Shown here piece by piece: positions 18,361 through 30,300 of a DNA stretch of 64,000 nt (position 1 is the stretch's first letter; the number at the start of each line of letters is the position of its first letter). The stretch is from Chitinophagales bacterium (GTDB taxonomy: Bacteria; Bacteroidota; Bacteroidia; Chitinophagales; JAUHXS01): positions 67,835 to 131,834 of the forward strand of contig CBDBZN010000037.1 of NCBI GenBank assembly GCA_965213575.1, given 5' to 3'. The notes below the pieces were generated by a model. It ran no database searches. It had not been told where the DNA came from and saw only the letters and a program-made list of their open reading frames with translations. The translations under genes were made by a program, and so were the position numbers.

Positions 18361-18816
18361 ATGGAATTATTTACAGATCAATACTTTATGAAAGAAGCAA
18401 TTAAAGAAGCTAAGATTGCTTTACAAAATGGCGAAATTCCGATTGGTGTTGTTATTGTTTCAGGTAAACTGATAATAGCACGCTCGCATAACCAGGTTGA
18501 GCAGTTAAAAGATGCTACTGCCCATGCAGAAATGATTGCTTTAACTTCAGCCATGTCTAATATCGGTGCAAAATACTTAAAAGGATGCACCATTTATATC
18601 ACGATAGAACCATGCGTTATGTGTGGTGGAGCTATGGCATGGGCTCAAATTAACCGTGTTGTCTGGGGAGCTAGTGATGATCAAAAAGGAATAAGTTCTA
18701 TAAAGCCTAGCGTTTTACATCCTAAAACCTTGATCACACAAGGTATAATGCAAGAGGAATGCAGATTATTACTGGATAATTTTTTTAATGAGAGAAGAAA
18801 AACAAATCTTCAATAG
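18361..18816 (+). CDS. tadA: tRNA-specific adenosine deaminase TadA
   Basis: CDA-fold motifs HAEMIAL and PCVMCGGA. About 150 aa. Confidence 0.85.
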   Translation: MELFTDQYFMKEAIKEAKIALQNGEIPIGVVIVSGKLIIARSHNQVEQLKDATAHAEMIALTSAMSNIGAKYLKGCTIYITIEPCVMCGGAMAWAQINRVVWGASDDQKGISSIKPSVLHPKTLITQGIMQEECRLLLDNFFNERRKTNLQ

Positions 18817-18886
18817 AAAAACGTTAAAAATCAATTAACTTTAATTGACGATTTAAATAAATATTCTTAATTAAATACATAAAATT

Positions 18887-19492
18887 ATGGCTTTTAAATT
18901 ACCGGATTTACCATATCCCTCCAATGCATTAGAACCTTATATTGATGCTAAAACGATGGAAATCCATCATGACAAACATCATGCAGGATACACTAGCAAA
19001 CTTAATGATGCTATTGCAGGAACAGATATGGAAGGAAAATCCATTGAAGAAATTCTTAAAAACGTGAATGGCAATACCGTTGTACGAAATAATGGCGGTG
19101 GATACTACAACCATTGTATGTTTTGGGAGATTATGTCGCCAAAAGGTGGCGGCAAACCTTCGGGAGATCTATCAGAGGCCATCAATAAAGCTTTTGGTTC
19201 TTTAGATGCATTTAAAGAAAAATTCAGCAACGCAGCGGCTACTAGGTTTGGTTCAGGATGGGCTTGGTTATGTGTCCAAAGTGGTGGAAAATTAGAAATT
19301 TGTTCTTCACCAAATCAGGATAATCCCTTAATGCCCGGCGTAGGTTGCGGTGGCATACCAATTTTAGGATTAGATGTTTGGGAGCATGCTTATTACTTAA
19401 AATATCAAAATAAAAGGCCAGATTATATTGACGCCTTTTTTAATGTGATTAATTGGGATGAAGTAGCTAAAAGATACAAGAAGAATTGTTAA
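18887..19492 (+). CDS. sodA: Superoxide dismutase, Mn-type by active-site context
   Basis: [34 protein letters not shown] (Gly rather than Gln in the N-domain) plus SPNQDNPL (C-domain Gln) favours the Mn type. Confidence 0.85.
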   Translation: MAFKLPDLPYPSNALEPYIDAKTMEIHHDKHHAGYTSKLNDAIAGTDMEGKSIEEILKNVNGNTVVRNNGGGYYNHCMFWEIMSPKGGGKPSGDLSEAINKAFGSLDAFKEKFSNAAATRFGSGWAWLCVQSGGKLEICSSPNQDNPLMPGVGCGGIPILGLDVWEHAYYLKYQNKRPDYIDAFFNVINWDEVAKRYKKNC

Positions 19493-19499
19493 ATTTTTA

Positions 19500-19526
19500 A
19501 TAGAGAGCTACTTCGTAGCTCTCTAT
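19500..19526. terminator. Hairpin between convergent sodA and the DUF4112 gene (12-bp stem, 3-nt loop)
   Basis: atagagagctac-ttc-gtagctctctat, read directly. Flanked by A/T runs on both sides. Its 3' end touches the stop codon of the minus-strand gene. Confidence 0.6.
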
Positions 19527-19996
19527 TAAAATAATGCTTCAAACAGATACTCAGCTAATTTATAAGCTACATAAACACACAATCCTATTACAACTATTAT
19601 TCCTATCATTATAGCGATAATTATTCCATTTCCTGAGCCTTGATGTTTTCCTTCTTCGTAATGCTCTTTAAGTAATCTGACATTTCTGTCATTTGCTTTA
19701 AAAAATATATCGAAAACACTACCCAATAGCGGTACGCTGCTAATAACGGCATCTAAAAAAACATTTACTAGCATTTTAATTACCAACTTTCTGCTTGCAC
19801 CATAAGTATGCATCTGCCATACTAGCATTAAAGATACTCCGGTTGTAACAATATCTCCTGCGGCCGGAATTAAACTCAAAATTGGATCAAGGCCAAACTT
19901 TACTTTAGTACCCGGAATGGTGAATTTTGAATCCATTAATTTAGAAATGGAACTAAGTAACCTATATCTTTTACTTTCTTGAGGAGCTTTTTGCAT
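19526..19996 (-). CDS. DUF4112-like small membrane protein
   Basis: 156 aa. The conserved stretch FGLDPILSLIPAAGD is typical of that family (recalled from memory). C-terminal TM helix. Confidence 0.6.
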   Translation of the reverse strand: MQKAPQESKRYRLLSSISKLMDSKFTIPGTKVKFGLDPILSLIPAAGDIVTTGVSLMLVWQMHTYGASRKLVIKMLVNVFLDAVISSVPLLGSVFDIFFKANDRNVRLLKEHYEEGKHQGSGNGIIIAIMIGIIVVIGLCVYVAYKLAEYLFEALF

Positions 19997-20003
19997 TAAA
20001 TAT

Positions 20004-20249
20004 TTAAATTGAGCGTTTGTAGAAATTTTTATACCAGATATATCCTATGATCATAAATAATATATAAGGCATTATAAACAGATACAAAATACCCATATTC
20101 AGGCCTAAGGCAGCTGTACTGGATTCTTCCAAAGATTTTTCTGCAGTACCCTTACACATAGCACATTGAGACCAGGAATTGTTAACTATTAATAACAGCG
20201 ATATTACTATTGAGACAATAGACAAACTATATTTTTTTACTCTCAGCAT
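20004..20249 (-). CDS. Small membrane protein with a CAMC motif (hypothetical)
   Basis: 81 aa. Signal/TM segment, QCAMCKG, then a second TM helix. Lies 7 nt upstream of the DUF4112 gene on the same strand. Confidence 0.5.
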   Translation of the reverse strand: MLRVKKYSLSIVSIVISLLLIVNNSWSQCAMCKGTAEKSLEESSTAALGLNMGILYLFIMPYILFMIIGYIWYKNFYKRSI

Positions 20250-20346
20250 AATATTACAAAGTTACGATATTACTATTTAAACTTTTTATACTTGATAAAA
20301 TTATTAATATATGAGAATAAAATACTCAGGCAAAAGTTAATAGATC

Positions 20347-20856
20347 TTAATGATGATGGACTCCACCATCACCGTGAACATGTCCATGATCCAGTTCTTC
20401 TTTCGTAGCAGCTCTTACATCTTTAACAGTGCCTTTAAAATGTAAATCTACACCTGCTAAAGGATGATTAAAATCCATTTTTACATTTTCTGCTTCTACT
20501 TTTTTAATAGTCCCACGCATAGGATTGCCTTCTTGATCTTGCATATCCAGGATTTTTCCTTTCTCTAATATTCCCTCAGGTTCCTTGCCATCTATTTGAA
20601 AAGCATTTCTAGGTAAAGTAACTAAGGCATTAGGATTTACTTCTCCGTATGCATTTTTGGTGATGATTTTGAAATCAAAATCATCACCAGTTTTAAGCCC
20701 CTTTAAATTATCTTCAAATTCTTGTATTAATTGCCCTTTTCCAAATAAGAATACCATCGGGTTATCTTTTGAAGTTTTTTCTATTAAACTTTCATTTTGA
20801 TTTGAGGCATATAGTTTGTAATGAACAGACACTACTGTTTTTTTAGCAATTTGCAT
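20347..20856 (-). CDS. slyD: SlyD-like FKBP-type peptidyl-prolyl isomerase with a His-rich tail
   Basis: VVSVHYKLY...FLFG.GQLI..FE..L.G...GD.F... and a C-terminal HGHVHGDGGVHHH. Confidence 0.8.
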   Translation of the reverse strand: MQIAKKTVVSVHYKLYASNQNESLIEKTSKDNPMVFLFGKGQLIQEFEDNLKGLKTGDDFDFKIITKNAYGEVNPNALVTLPRNAFQIDGKEPEGILEKGKILDMQDQEGNPMRGTIKKVEAENVKMDFNHPLAGVDLHFKGTVKDVRAATKEELDHGHVHGDGGVHHH

Positions 20857-20992
20857 GTATTATTATTGTTTTATTTATGAATCGTTCTAAGGTACAATAA
20901 AAATAAAAAAGCCTAAAACCAGATGACAAGAATCTTTTAGTAATATGATTTTATCGGTAGATAGATATATACAAAAGTAATAATTAAGCACT

Positions 20993-23900
20993 TTATACTT
21001 TCATGCCTATTACGCATACATCATCAACTTGTTCTTTCCCCCCTTGCCAGTTAAGAAAAGTTTTTTTGATGATATAACTTTGAGCTTGTATATCCTCATG
21101 TTGAATACCAGCAAGTAATTTTCTAAAATTACTCAGCTTAAATTTTTTATCCATAGGGCCACCAAATTGATCAACATACCCATCTGTGAACATATATATG
21201 GAATCTCCTTTGTTCAATTGCATTTTATGTAATTTAAAGTCTATATTATTTGCTAATCTTTCGCCATTTATACCCATCTTATCCCCTTTTACTTGAACAA
21301 TTTTATTATTAGTATAAATAAAAACAGGCCTTTGAGCTGAAGCTATTTCTACAGCTCTAGTCTCTATATTAATTTTACAGATACTTATATCCATCCCATC
21401 TTTGGCAATCAATTTTTCTCTATTTTTACGTAAAATTTGCCTGAGTTCTAAATCTAAATAATGTAATATTTGATCAGGTTGCGTACTTTTAATTTGTATA
21501 ATTTTACTTATTAGTATTTCTCCCATCATAGATAAAAATGCACCGGGTACTCCATGCCCTGTACAATCTGCACAAATAACTATAATTTCTTTTGTGTTGC
21601 CTTCAAACCAGTAAAAGTCTCCACTAACAATATCTCTTGGTTGATAGTAAATAAATGATCCTTGCAATAGCTTATTTAACTCCCCAGCTTCTGGAAGAAT
21701 AGCACGTTGGATATGTTTAGCATAACGAATGCTGGACATAATATCTTTATTCTTTTTTTCTAATTCATCTCTTTGATCAGCAATTACCTGCGTTCCTTCT
21801 TCTACTTTACTCTTTAATAGTGCTTTGTATTTATTATGTTGTACATCTCTTATTTTAATGATGGTTATTAGCAAGGATATCACAATAATACTTAGTAACG
21901 TTATAAACCACCATTTTTTCCATATAGGTTTAGCTATAGATATCATTACTTTCTCAGGGTTAGAACACTCGCCATTTTTACTGCATGCCTTTACATAAAA
22001 TGTATAATCTCCATCTTCTACTCTGTACAAGGCTTCTGTAGATTTAGTAGGCTTAGACCACCCTTCATCAAAACCATTTAGTTTATAACGATATGTTATA
22101 TTTTTTGGATCAGCAATATTTATTCCGTTGTAATTGAATTTTAGTTTATATTTTGAATATTTCAAATTCAGTTTATTAGGATTGCGATATACCTTATCAT
22201 TGATTTCCATTGACATTAAGTCAATTGCAGGTGCTTTATTAATTGAAGTATTAAGAGAAGAGTTATAAGTAAAAATGCCATCATTTGTACCCCACCAAAT
22301 CTGTCCATTTTGATCTTTCTCAACAGCTAATTTATTGAATTCTATGTCAGGGAATGTTTGCGTTATAATGTTAAGTGATTTAACTATTATTTTACTTAAA
22401 CCATTCTTATGGCCTACCCATAAGTTTTTATTTAAATCTTCAATTATGCTGTAACAATAATTAGAAAATAGGCCCTGCTCTGTCGTAAATTGAGTAATAG
22501 AATCGTCTACTAAAAATACTCCATCACCTAAAGTTGTTATAACTAACTTATTATCATAAGTTCTATAAATTGAGGTAATATCTATTAATGTGTTTTTAAA
22601 TAATAGTCTTTTTCGGTTCAATAAACCATCTTTATCTACCGTTACTGTTGTGTTGGTAGGGGTTATAACCCACAATTTTTCATTTTGAATGTCATTGAAT
22701 ATAAATTGAATATGATTATGAGGAAGTTTGTTTCTGGTAGTATAGGAATTAACTATTTTATAAGTTTTGTTTAACTGATATAATCCGTTCTTAGTGGCTA
22801 TCCAGTAGTAGCCAAACATTTCATTGATGTGATTTATAGATTTTGACGGCTTATCATTTCGTAACATAATATATCTTATTGATTTATTTGTATCTACAAA
22901 ATATAATCCATCATCACTGGTACCTACTAATGCTCCTTTTGGCGTATTTAGAATTGTAGTAATTTTACTTGGTAAAACAGCGATAGGTTGTAAATCTGAA
23001 TTATCACCTGTTTTAAACAGATGATTGTCTCCGCCAACGTACATTGCTTTATTGTTATAATTTAATGCCGTTATATTTTTTTTATCTTTATCGTCTATCG
23101 GCAAATGAGCAAATGATAAATTGTCAAAAGCCAATAACCCCGAGCCATAACTGCCAACCCATAGATGATTGTCTTTGCTGATGAATATTTTTTGAATATA
23201 AGAAGTGGATGAATTTGTTTTTAATGTTTTAATATTCTCTAAATTATTCTTTTTAATTAACGCTTTGAAAAAACCATCTCCCATAGTAGACCAAACCATC
23301 ATACTATCATGTATTACTATAGAAGTTACCGGATAATCTGATTGATCATTAAATTTAATTAACTCAAATTTTTTATTTAAATGATAAAGCCCTTCTCCGG
23401 CGCCAATCCAAAACCCCTTGTTATGCCCAGGTACAATCGTATTAATTTTTAAAATTGGTGCAAATAATTTATTAATGGTAAGTTTGTTATTACTGAGGGC
23501 AGCTAATTTTAAACCACTATCACATCCTATAAGCCATTCTTTATCATTAAGTGGATGTACTGCGTATATGGTACATTTATGATTAAGAGTAATTAATTGA
23601 TGTTGTGCTGCAGATGAAATCTTTAATATCTGGTTTTGCTGAGCAACAATTATAATAGATTTTTCAAATTCAAATATTTGACTAATTTGAGACTTTAGGT
23701 CGTAATTATATATTTTAAAAGTATCTGTTAATGTTGTAATTTTTCCTTGCTGATGGCCAATCCATAAAACCCCTTTAGAATCTATAAATAAGCTACTAAT
23801 AAAATTTTCTGCTAAACCATCTTTAACAGTAAATACTTTAAATTTTTTACCATCAAATCTTACTAATCCATTCCCTGTACCAATCCACAGATAATTTTTT

Positions 23901-24052
23901 TCATCCTGTACTATATCGTATACATAATCTTCCGGAAGATCGTTATTCTTAGTACCGTATTGTTTATATAAATATTCTTTCTGTAAATCTATATTACTAT
24001 ACCCGGAAATGAAGAAAAGGATTAAAAGCCCTCCTAACAGGAATCTATGCAT
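20993..24052 (-). CDS. Membrane sensor: periplasmic two-component-regulator propeller + Y_Y_Y region, one TM helix, cytoplasmic PP2C (SpoIIE-type) phosphatase
   Basis: 1019 aa. Repeated ...LWIGT.NGL.. propeller blades. The TM helix is WWFITLLSIIVISLLITIIKI. PP2C motifs are SGDFYWF, CADCTGHGVPGAFLSM, DGMDISIC and MFTDGYVDQFGG. Confidence 0.8.
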   Translation of the reverse strand: MHRFLLGGLLILFFISGYSNIDLQKEYLYKQYGTKNNDLPEDYVYDIVQDEKNYLWIGTGNGLVRFDGKKFKVFTVKDGLAENFISSLFIDSKGVLWIGHQQGKITTLTDTFKIYNYDLKSQISQIFEFEKSIIIVAQQNQILKISSAAQHQLITLNHKCTIYAVHPLNDKEWLIGCDSGLKLAALSNNKLTINKLFAPILKINTIVPGHNKGFWIGAGEGLYHLNKKFELIKFNDQSDYPVTSIVIHDSMMVWSTMGDGFFKALIKKNNLENIKTLKTNSSTSYIQKIFISKDNHLWVGSYGSGLLAFDNLSFAHLPIDDKDKKNITALNYNNKAMYVGGDNHLFKTGDNSDLQPIAVLPSKITTILNTPKGALVGTSDDGLYFVDTNKSIRYIMLRNDKPSKSINHINEMFGYYWIATKNGLYQLNKTYKIVNSYTTRNKLPHNHIQFIFNDIQNEKLWVITPTNTTVTVDKDGLLNRKRLLFKNTLIDITSIYRTYDNKLVITTLGDGVFLVDDSITQFTTEQGLFSNYCYSIIEDLNKNLWVGHKNGLSKIIVKSLNIITQTFPDIEFNKLAVEKDQNGQIWWGTNDGIFTYNSSLNTSINKAPAIDLMSMEINDKVYRNPNKLNLKYSKYKLKFNYNGINIADPKNITYRYKLNGFDEGWSKPTKSTEALYRVEDGDYTFYVKACSKNGECSNPEKVMISIAKPIWKKWWFITLLSIIVISLLITIIKIRDVQHNKYKALLKSKVEEGTQVIADQRDELEKKNKDIMSSIRYAKHIQRAILPEAGELNKLLQGSFIYYQPRDIVSGDFYWFEGNTKEIIVICADCTGHGVPGAFLSMMGEILISKIIQIKSTQPDQILHYLDLELRQILRKNREKLIAKDGMDISICKINIETRAVEIASAQRPVFIYTNNKIVQVKGDKMGINGERLANNIDFKLHKMQLNKGDSIYMFTDGYVDQFGGPMDKKFKLSNFRKLLAGIQHEDIQAQSYIIKKTFLNWQGGKEQVDDVCVIGMKV

Positions 24053-24056
24053 ACAC

Positions 24057-25034
24057 TTATTTAGCCGAGATATTCTTGAAACCTATTTGATAATTATATT
24101 TTGGAATACCCCCTATTGGAATCGTGTAAAACGGCAATAATTCACCATATTGATTTGTGATAGAAAACACAACATTATTACTTAATGCAGGTAAGTTTGT
24201 GTTTTTGACAAATTGAATATCTAATGATCCTCCTTTCTCTTCGTCATCAATCTTATGAGTTTGATGTGCCCATAAATTATTCTTTGATATCATAGTAGAT
24301 ATGCCGGGTTTTGTCGGAGAAATAATTCTTATATATCCATCATCGTCCCAATCAAAATTAGCTTGCTTTATCGAAATCACTCGATCATCAATATAAGGAT
24401 AAATGTGAGATATTTCTGTAGGATCATCATGTAGTCGAAAGGAATATTCAAAAGTAAACGCATTGCCGCCTTCTACTGCTATGTTTTCCGTCGGAGATGT
24501 ACTTAAAAAGTAATTATATAAATTACCATCATCTCCTGTTACGCCTTCGCATATTAGTTTAAAAACACGGCCGCCATATTTGGGCGATAATTCTCCTTCT
24601 GAAGGATTAAAAGGGCCGAATGTATACCATTTTCCATCATATTCATCTTCGTTATAAAAAATTTTCTTAGCTAATTGATTACCCGCTTTATAATTTCCTT
24701 TTGGATCAATATTTCTCGAATCTTTATCTGTTATAGTTCCTTTACCTCCGTACACTGCAAATAATGTTCTTGTATCTGCCTCACCTTTTAACTCATCTAT
24801 TTTGCCACTGGTAGAAGGATCAAAAACTCTTATAAATATTGATTTGGTTTGCTCGGCCGGAAGAACAAAGAAAAATACTTGCGAAAAATCGTCATCGCCC
24901 CACCATTTATCCGCCATTTTTCCAAATGTCACTAAATGTGGAATGTTTTCCTCGCTTGCAGGTACAGGTTGGGCAATTATTGCACCATTAAAACAGGCCA
25001 ATGCAAATGTGAAATAAAAATACAATTGGTTCAT
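24057..25034 (-). CDS. Secreted hypothetical protein (no motif recognised)
   Basis: 325 aa. Signal peptide MNQLYFYFTFALACFNGAIIAQP. It sits 4 nt upstream of the sensor-phosphatase gene and 31 nt downstream of the PD40/PKD gene. Confidence 0.6.
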   Translation of the reverse strand: MNQLYFYFTFALACFNGAIIAQPVPASEENIPHLVTFGKMADKWWGDDDFSQVFFFVLPAEQTKSIFIRVFDPSTSGKIDELKGEADTRTLFAVYGGKGTITDKDSRNIDPKGNYKAGNQLAKKIFYNEDEYDGKWYTFGPFNPSEGELSPKYGGRVFKLICEGVTGDDGNLYNYFLSTSPTENIAVEGGNAFTFEYSFRLHDDPTEISHIYPYIDDRVISIKQANFDWDDDGYIRIISPTKPGISTMISKNNLWAHQTHKIDDEEKGGSLDIQFVKNTNLPALSNNVVFSITNQYGELLPFYTIPIGGIPKYNYQIGFKNISAK

Positions 25035-25065
25035 AATTCATTCTATGCTAATAGTATGCCATAAT

Positions 25066-26469
25066 TTACTGCACAACGATTTTCTTAAAACTACAGGTTA
25101 AATTTAGTAATTCGTTTTTTTTGCCATAGCTGCCGACTATTAGCTTTACGTTATACTCACCGTTTGCCACATAGTTATGTGATACTTTTAAACCGTTTTT
25201 ATAATGGCCATCTCCCATATCCCAATAATATTGGTTAGGAGTAAATGGTAAATTTGTTTCAGATGCATCAAAAAAAGCTTCATCAAAAACATTAATATTG
25301 TCTAAAGAATTTATATATGCTTGTTCAAGCTTAATAACAGGCAAATTATAGGAGAGGCTATCTACTGTTATATTAGCCTGAGTATCTATAACTAATAAAG
25401 ATAAATTGTAAGTGCCTGTGTCTTTATAACAATGCTGGACTTTTAAGCCTTGTAATTCTTGCCCATCTCCTGTAGACCATTTGAAAATTAATGGTAGTGT
25501 ATCAGAAAGTGATTGAATGGTGGGTTCAAAAAATTCAAAACAATAACTATCTTTTTGGAACGGTAAACAAGTATCAACATCAGGGAAGTATTTTCTTAAT
25601 GTAAAAATGTCTTCTGAAGCATTCCTATTCGAGGTAAAAAATACTTTTTCAAAGTTTTCACTAGCACAATATCCATATTCGTCAGCTGAAGTATTTATAA
25701 AAGAATCTATTAATTTGGGTTTTTTCCACTCTTCATTTTCTAATGTAGTAAAATATATATCATATCCACCTAGCCCAGGACGATTAGAGGCAAAATATAA
25801 TGCGCCCGATTGGTGTGCAAAAGGATAAATTTCATTAAACTCGCCATTGACTGGATAACCAATGTTTCTGGGCTTTTCCCATTCACCATTTCTATAAAAA
25901 CTAACATATAAATCAAATGCACCCACATCTCTTTTGAGGTCAGCAGAAAAGTATAACGCTTTTCTGTTTTCATCATAAGTTGGATGTAATAAAGAATAAT
26001 CAGGATTATTAAAAGGAAATGGAATTATTATAACTGAATCATCTGTAATATGTGCTTCAAAAATACCTATTGGATTATTTCCAACTACTTTACGAGAATT
26101 GGTGTGCAGGTTTTTATTAAAGAATGCTTTTGTACCTTGTTCACATATAAATATAGGCCCGTCATATAAGTCAGTAGTGAATTCTTTACGATATTTTCCT
26201 TCTGATTGCCATTTACGTTTTAAAGAATCGTATACAGATTCGTAAATATTAGTAAAATTATTGCCTTCTTCATCAGTTACATTTAAGAAGGAGTTGGTTC
26301 TTTTATCGCTGGTATATAATAGTCTGTTGTTGCTTAAAAGACAAGGCGCTGATTCATTATATCCGGGTTTACAAAAATCTAATACTACCGTTTGATAAGT
26401 TGATTGAGCTTTTGAAAATAAAAAGAAAATACTAAGTATTAATGTAACTGATGAAGAGCAAAAGTTCAT
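25066..26469 (-). CDS. Secreted protein with TolB-like PD40 repeats followed by two PKD domains
   Basis: PD40-like repeats are LYFSADLKRDVGAFDLYVS, LYFASNRPGLGGYDIYFT and VFFTSNRNASEDIFT. PKD signatures are WSTGDGQ...HCYKDTGTYNLSLLV and WDMGDGH...HNYVANGEYNVKLIV. Confidence 0.75.
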   Translation of the reverse strand: MNFCSSSVTLILSIFFLFSKAQSTYQTVVLDFCKPGYNESAPCLLSNNRLLYTSDKRTNSFLNVTDEEGNNFTNIYESVYDSLKRKWQSEGKYRKEFTTDLYDGPIFICEQGTKAFFNKNLHTNSRKVVGNNPIGIFEAHITDDSVIIIPFPFNNPDYSLLHPTYDENRKALYFSADLKRDVGAFDLYVSFYRNGEWEKPRNIGYPVNGEFNEIYPFAHQSGALYFASNRPGLGGYDIYFTTLENEEWKKPKLIDSFINTSADEYGYCASENFEKVFFTSNRNASEDIFTLRKYFPDVDTCLPFQKDSYCFEFFEPTIQSLSDTLPLIFKWSTGDGQELQGLKVQHCYKDTGTYNLSLLVIDTQANITVDSLSYNLPVIKLEQAYINSLDNINVFDEAFFDASETNLPFTPNQYYWDMGDGHYKNGLKVSHNYVANGEYNVKLIVGSYGKKNELLNLTCSFKKIVVQ

Positions 26470-26470
26470 T

Positions 26471-27394
26471 TCAAAATATTTTTGGACTACTTGCTTTTAA
26501 TCTGGTTTGAAATTGATAAGAAACGCTTATTTCGTGAGATCCGGACGAAAATGAGCTTATTTCATTAATTGAATGATCGTAAAAATAATAAATATGTAGC
26601 TTATAATTCCATTTATAACCAAATAATCCTACCATTGCAATTCCCGGCCGATAAGTAGTTCCCACTGAGAAGATATCATTAATATTAAGCACGGTAGTAA
26701 AATCAGATTGAATTGGGCTGTTCTTTACATATTTCGTTAAAGATGATAATTGTAGCTCAAAATTTTTATTGATATTAATCATTTTACCAATATTGAATAT
26801 GAAATTATTATTTGCAGGTTTAAAGGATGGTTGAATTAAATTACCTAGCCCGCCGCTGAATCTATAATATAATAAATCCGGCATTGATAATCCTATATAA
26901 AATTTCTGAGTATTGTAAAAAACTCCTAAGCCGAAGTTAGGATACAAATAGTTTGAGTTAGTCGTAAATTCAGCATCTCCTTGTTCATCAAGTAATAAAT
27001 CATTCCATCTTGAATTCTGTAAAACAGCTTTAGCCTTCAGTCCTAATGATACTTTACCTTTTGGTAATATTATTCGATAAGCATAATTGGCTGATAACGC
27101 TGTTCTTTGAGTAGCGCCTATTTCGTCATTAACTAGATTAATCCCTAAGGCCACGTTTTCCTTTTTGAGGGGTGTGTTAAGTAATATTGCTCGGGTAGTT
27201 GGTGCACCGGGCATGTCTACCCATTGGGTCCTATATATAATATTTCCGGTTAAAGCATTTGTTTCTCCTATTTGAGCCGGGTTATATAGAGCGCCATTTA
27301 TGAAGTAGCTGCTTATTAAGGGAATATGCTCCTGGCCAATTACCAACTGTATGGTCAATAAAAAGATGCATAGACTATATAGTAATTTCATCAT
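26471..27394 (-). CDS. PorP/SprF-family type IX secretion system membrane protein
   Basis: 307 aa. YNPAQIG...YRTQWVDMPGAPTT...GINLVNDEIGATQRTALSANYAYRI matches the PorP/SprF signature. It starts 2 nt after the stop of the type-B-CTD adhesin. Confidence 0.85.
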   Translation of the reverse strand: MMKLLYSLCIFLLTIQLVIGQEHIPLISSYFINGALYNPAQIGETNALTGNIIYRTQWVDMPGAPTTRAILLNTPLKKENVALGINLVNDEIGATQRTALSANYAYRIILPKGKVSLGLKAKAVLQNSRWNDLLLDEQGDAEFTTNSNYLYPNFGLGVFYNTQKFYIGLSMPDLLYYRFSGGLGNLIQPSFKPANNNFIFNIGKMININKNFELQLSSLTKYVKNSPIQSDFTTVLNINDIFSVGTTYRPGIAMVGLFGYKWNYKLHIYYFYDHSINEISSFSSGSHEISVSYQFQTRLKASSPKIF

Positions 27395-27396
27395 AA

Positions 27397-30300
27397 TTAA
27401 TATTTTACAACTACATATCCATTATATATCAGATCCAATTCAGAAACTTTCAAAATATAATGATAAGTATCTGGGGCAATTTTTTTACCATTCATATTAG
27501 TACCATCCCATGTGCCTAAATATTGATCAGTTTCATAAACTAGGTGCCCCCATCTATTAAAGATCTGCAAATTAGCACTGGGAACATTTTCTAAACCCCT
27601 AACTACGAAATTATCATTTATTTGATCAAAATTAGGAGAAAATCCTTCAGGAATATAAAGATCTTCAACTAGTACCTCTACATCATCAAAAATAACTTCA
27701 CAAGGCCCATTTTCTATTATCCATCTAAAAATATTTACCCCTACTGACAAATTGATAACTTGTAAATTTGGTTCATATATGTTAAGCAGCTCTGCAGAAC
27801 CCTCAATAATTTCCCAATGGCCTTCAAAAGGATTTTCCGGAGTATTGGCAATAACATCTGTTTCAAATAAATAATACAAAGTTTTATCCATGCCGGCATC
27901 TACTTCATTGGGCTGCTCATGAAAAGATATAGTTACACTATCACTATCTGCACAAAAGACATTATTTTCTGTCCATACAAAATTGTATGTGGTGTATTGG
28001 TTAGCAATTACATTATAATCTGTAGAATCATAATTAACTTCGTCCGGGATTTGCCAAGTGCTCATACCTACACTTGGAAATGGTTCTAGCTGAGTGGCTA
28101 ATCCGCATATATCTTTGTCTTCTCCTGCATTCGCCACAGGATTTTCAAGTACCGTAACTCGAAAAGAATCAGTTAAATTTTTTGATATACATCCATTTGC
28201 GTCCTCTAATTCTTTGATTGTGTATATTTTACTTTGTGCTGGTATAACAGTAAAACTATGGGTATCAGCTTCTATCTCCTCAAAATTAAAAATATTATCT
28301 CCGGTTGCATACTGTATATTAAAAGGAGCGAGTCCTGATATATTATTAGATGATAATAAGATACTGTCCCCTTGGCATATTGAATCATTACCTTCAAAAT
28401 CTGCATTGGGATTGTCATTAACGGATATGTATAATTCTGTGCTAATAGATGTATCGCATACGCTGGATGTAATTTTTCTTCGCAAATGAATAGGATTGGA
28501 AATAACAGGAAGATTATAAAATTGATCTCGACTGCTTCCCAAAGCTGATTCAAAATTTATGCCATCGCTACTCTTTTCCCATTGATACGAATAAGAATTG
28601 TCACCCCCACTGCCGGTAGAGCCGTCATATAAAGTGTTACTAGTTCCTTTACATAATTCATCAGGGCCTTCAATAGTATTATTTGTTATAGGTAAATAGA
28701 CAACTATAACCGCCGTGTCACTGGTGTTTTGGGGGCAATTGATTGATCTAACTATTCTCCTGAAATAAGTCGTCTCATCGATACTATTAGTTATATAATG
28801 CTGTAGTGAATCTGCTCCGGGAGCTGCTGTAAAATTGGTAGGGGTTATGCCAAATTCCCAAGAGTAAATATAATTGCTATCTCCACCCATTGGAAGAGAG
28901 CCAGATAAGACTAGCGCTGAGTCTTCGCTACACAATGTATCATTTCCTGAAATTGTATTATCAGAAATTGTTGCAGTAGTTATCAATTGCACGGTATTAC
29001 TATAAGAAGTTAGACAATTTCCAGATGTAGCCACTCTTCTATAATATTTTGTAATAAGAGAGTCTGTCATTGTTATGGGGGGAAGATAATTTTGATCTGT
29101 ATTATTAAAAGTTATATCGGCAAAACCTGTATCGTTTGAATCTATTTCCCACATCCAAACAATTTGTCCATTTCCTCCCGAAGGCTTATTGCCTAAGAAT
29201 GTATCCGGCATAATACCGGAACAAATAGTTTGATCGGCGGAAATGATATTATTAGTAAGAGATGGATAAACATTAATAGTTATTAGATTACTAATTGATG
29301 AATCACAAGTGGAGGAGTAAACTATTCTTCTGAACGAAGTTGTATCGGATAAAGTACCCGGGTGATAATCTTCTTGGTCATTAGATCCGGTAGCAGAATA
29401 AAAAGTTATTCCATCTGCACTGGCTTGCCATAAATAAGTAAAAGCATTATCTCCGCCGGCGGGACTACTACCGCGCAGGGTATCAGGACTTAAATCTGAA
29501 CAGATAGTTTGATCAGCCGAAATGGTATTACCGGTGATAGGCGGTTGCACAGAAATTTGCACAGTATCGCTAAAAGAGGTATCACAAGTAGAAGAAGTAA
29601 CAATTCTTCGGTAATAAGTGGTATCTGTTAAGATACCGGGGACATAATCGGTATTGGTAGAAGTTCCAATTGCTGTAATATAATTAATGTTATCAAGGCT
29701 TTGTTGCCACAAGAAAGCATGACTTCCATCACCACCGGTAGGAGAGGTGCCCGTTAAAACCGACGGCGTATGTCCTGAGCAGATAGTTTGATCAGCCGAA
29801 ATGGTATTACCGGTGATAGGCGGTTGCACAGAAATTTGCACAGTATCGCTAAAAGAGGTATCACAAGTAGAAGAAGTAACAATTCTTCGGTAATAAGTGG
29901 TATCTGTTAAGATGTCGGGGGCATAATCGGAATTATTAGAAGTTCCAACTGCTGTACTATAATTAATGTTATCAAGGCTTTGTTGCCACAAGAAAGCATG
30001 ACTTCCATCACCACCTATTGGATCACTACCCGATAAGGCTGACGGCGTATGTCCTGAACAGATAGTTTGATCAGCCGAAATGGTATTACCGGTGATAGGC
30101 GGTTGCACAGAAATTTGCACAGTATCGCTAAAAGAGGTATCACAAGTAGAAGAAGTAACAATTCTTCGGTAATAAGTGGTATCTGTTAAGACGCCGGGGG
30201 CATAATCGGTATTGGTAGAAGTTCCAATTGCTGTAATATAATTAATGTTATCAAGGCTTTGTTGCCACAAGAAAGCATGACTTCCATCACCACCGGTAGG

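Noticed and set aside
20347-20400. His-rich C-terminal tail (HGHVHGDGGVHHH) as something unusual.
   Set aside because: Metal-binding His-rich tails are a well-known feature of SlyD-type FKBP isomerases.
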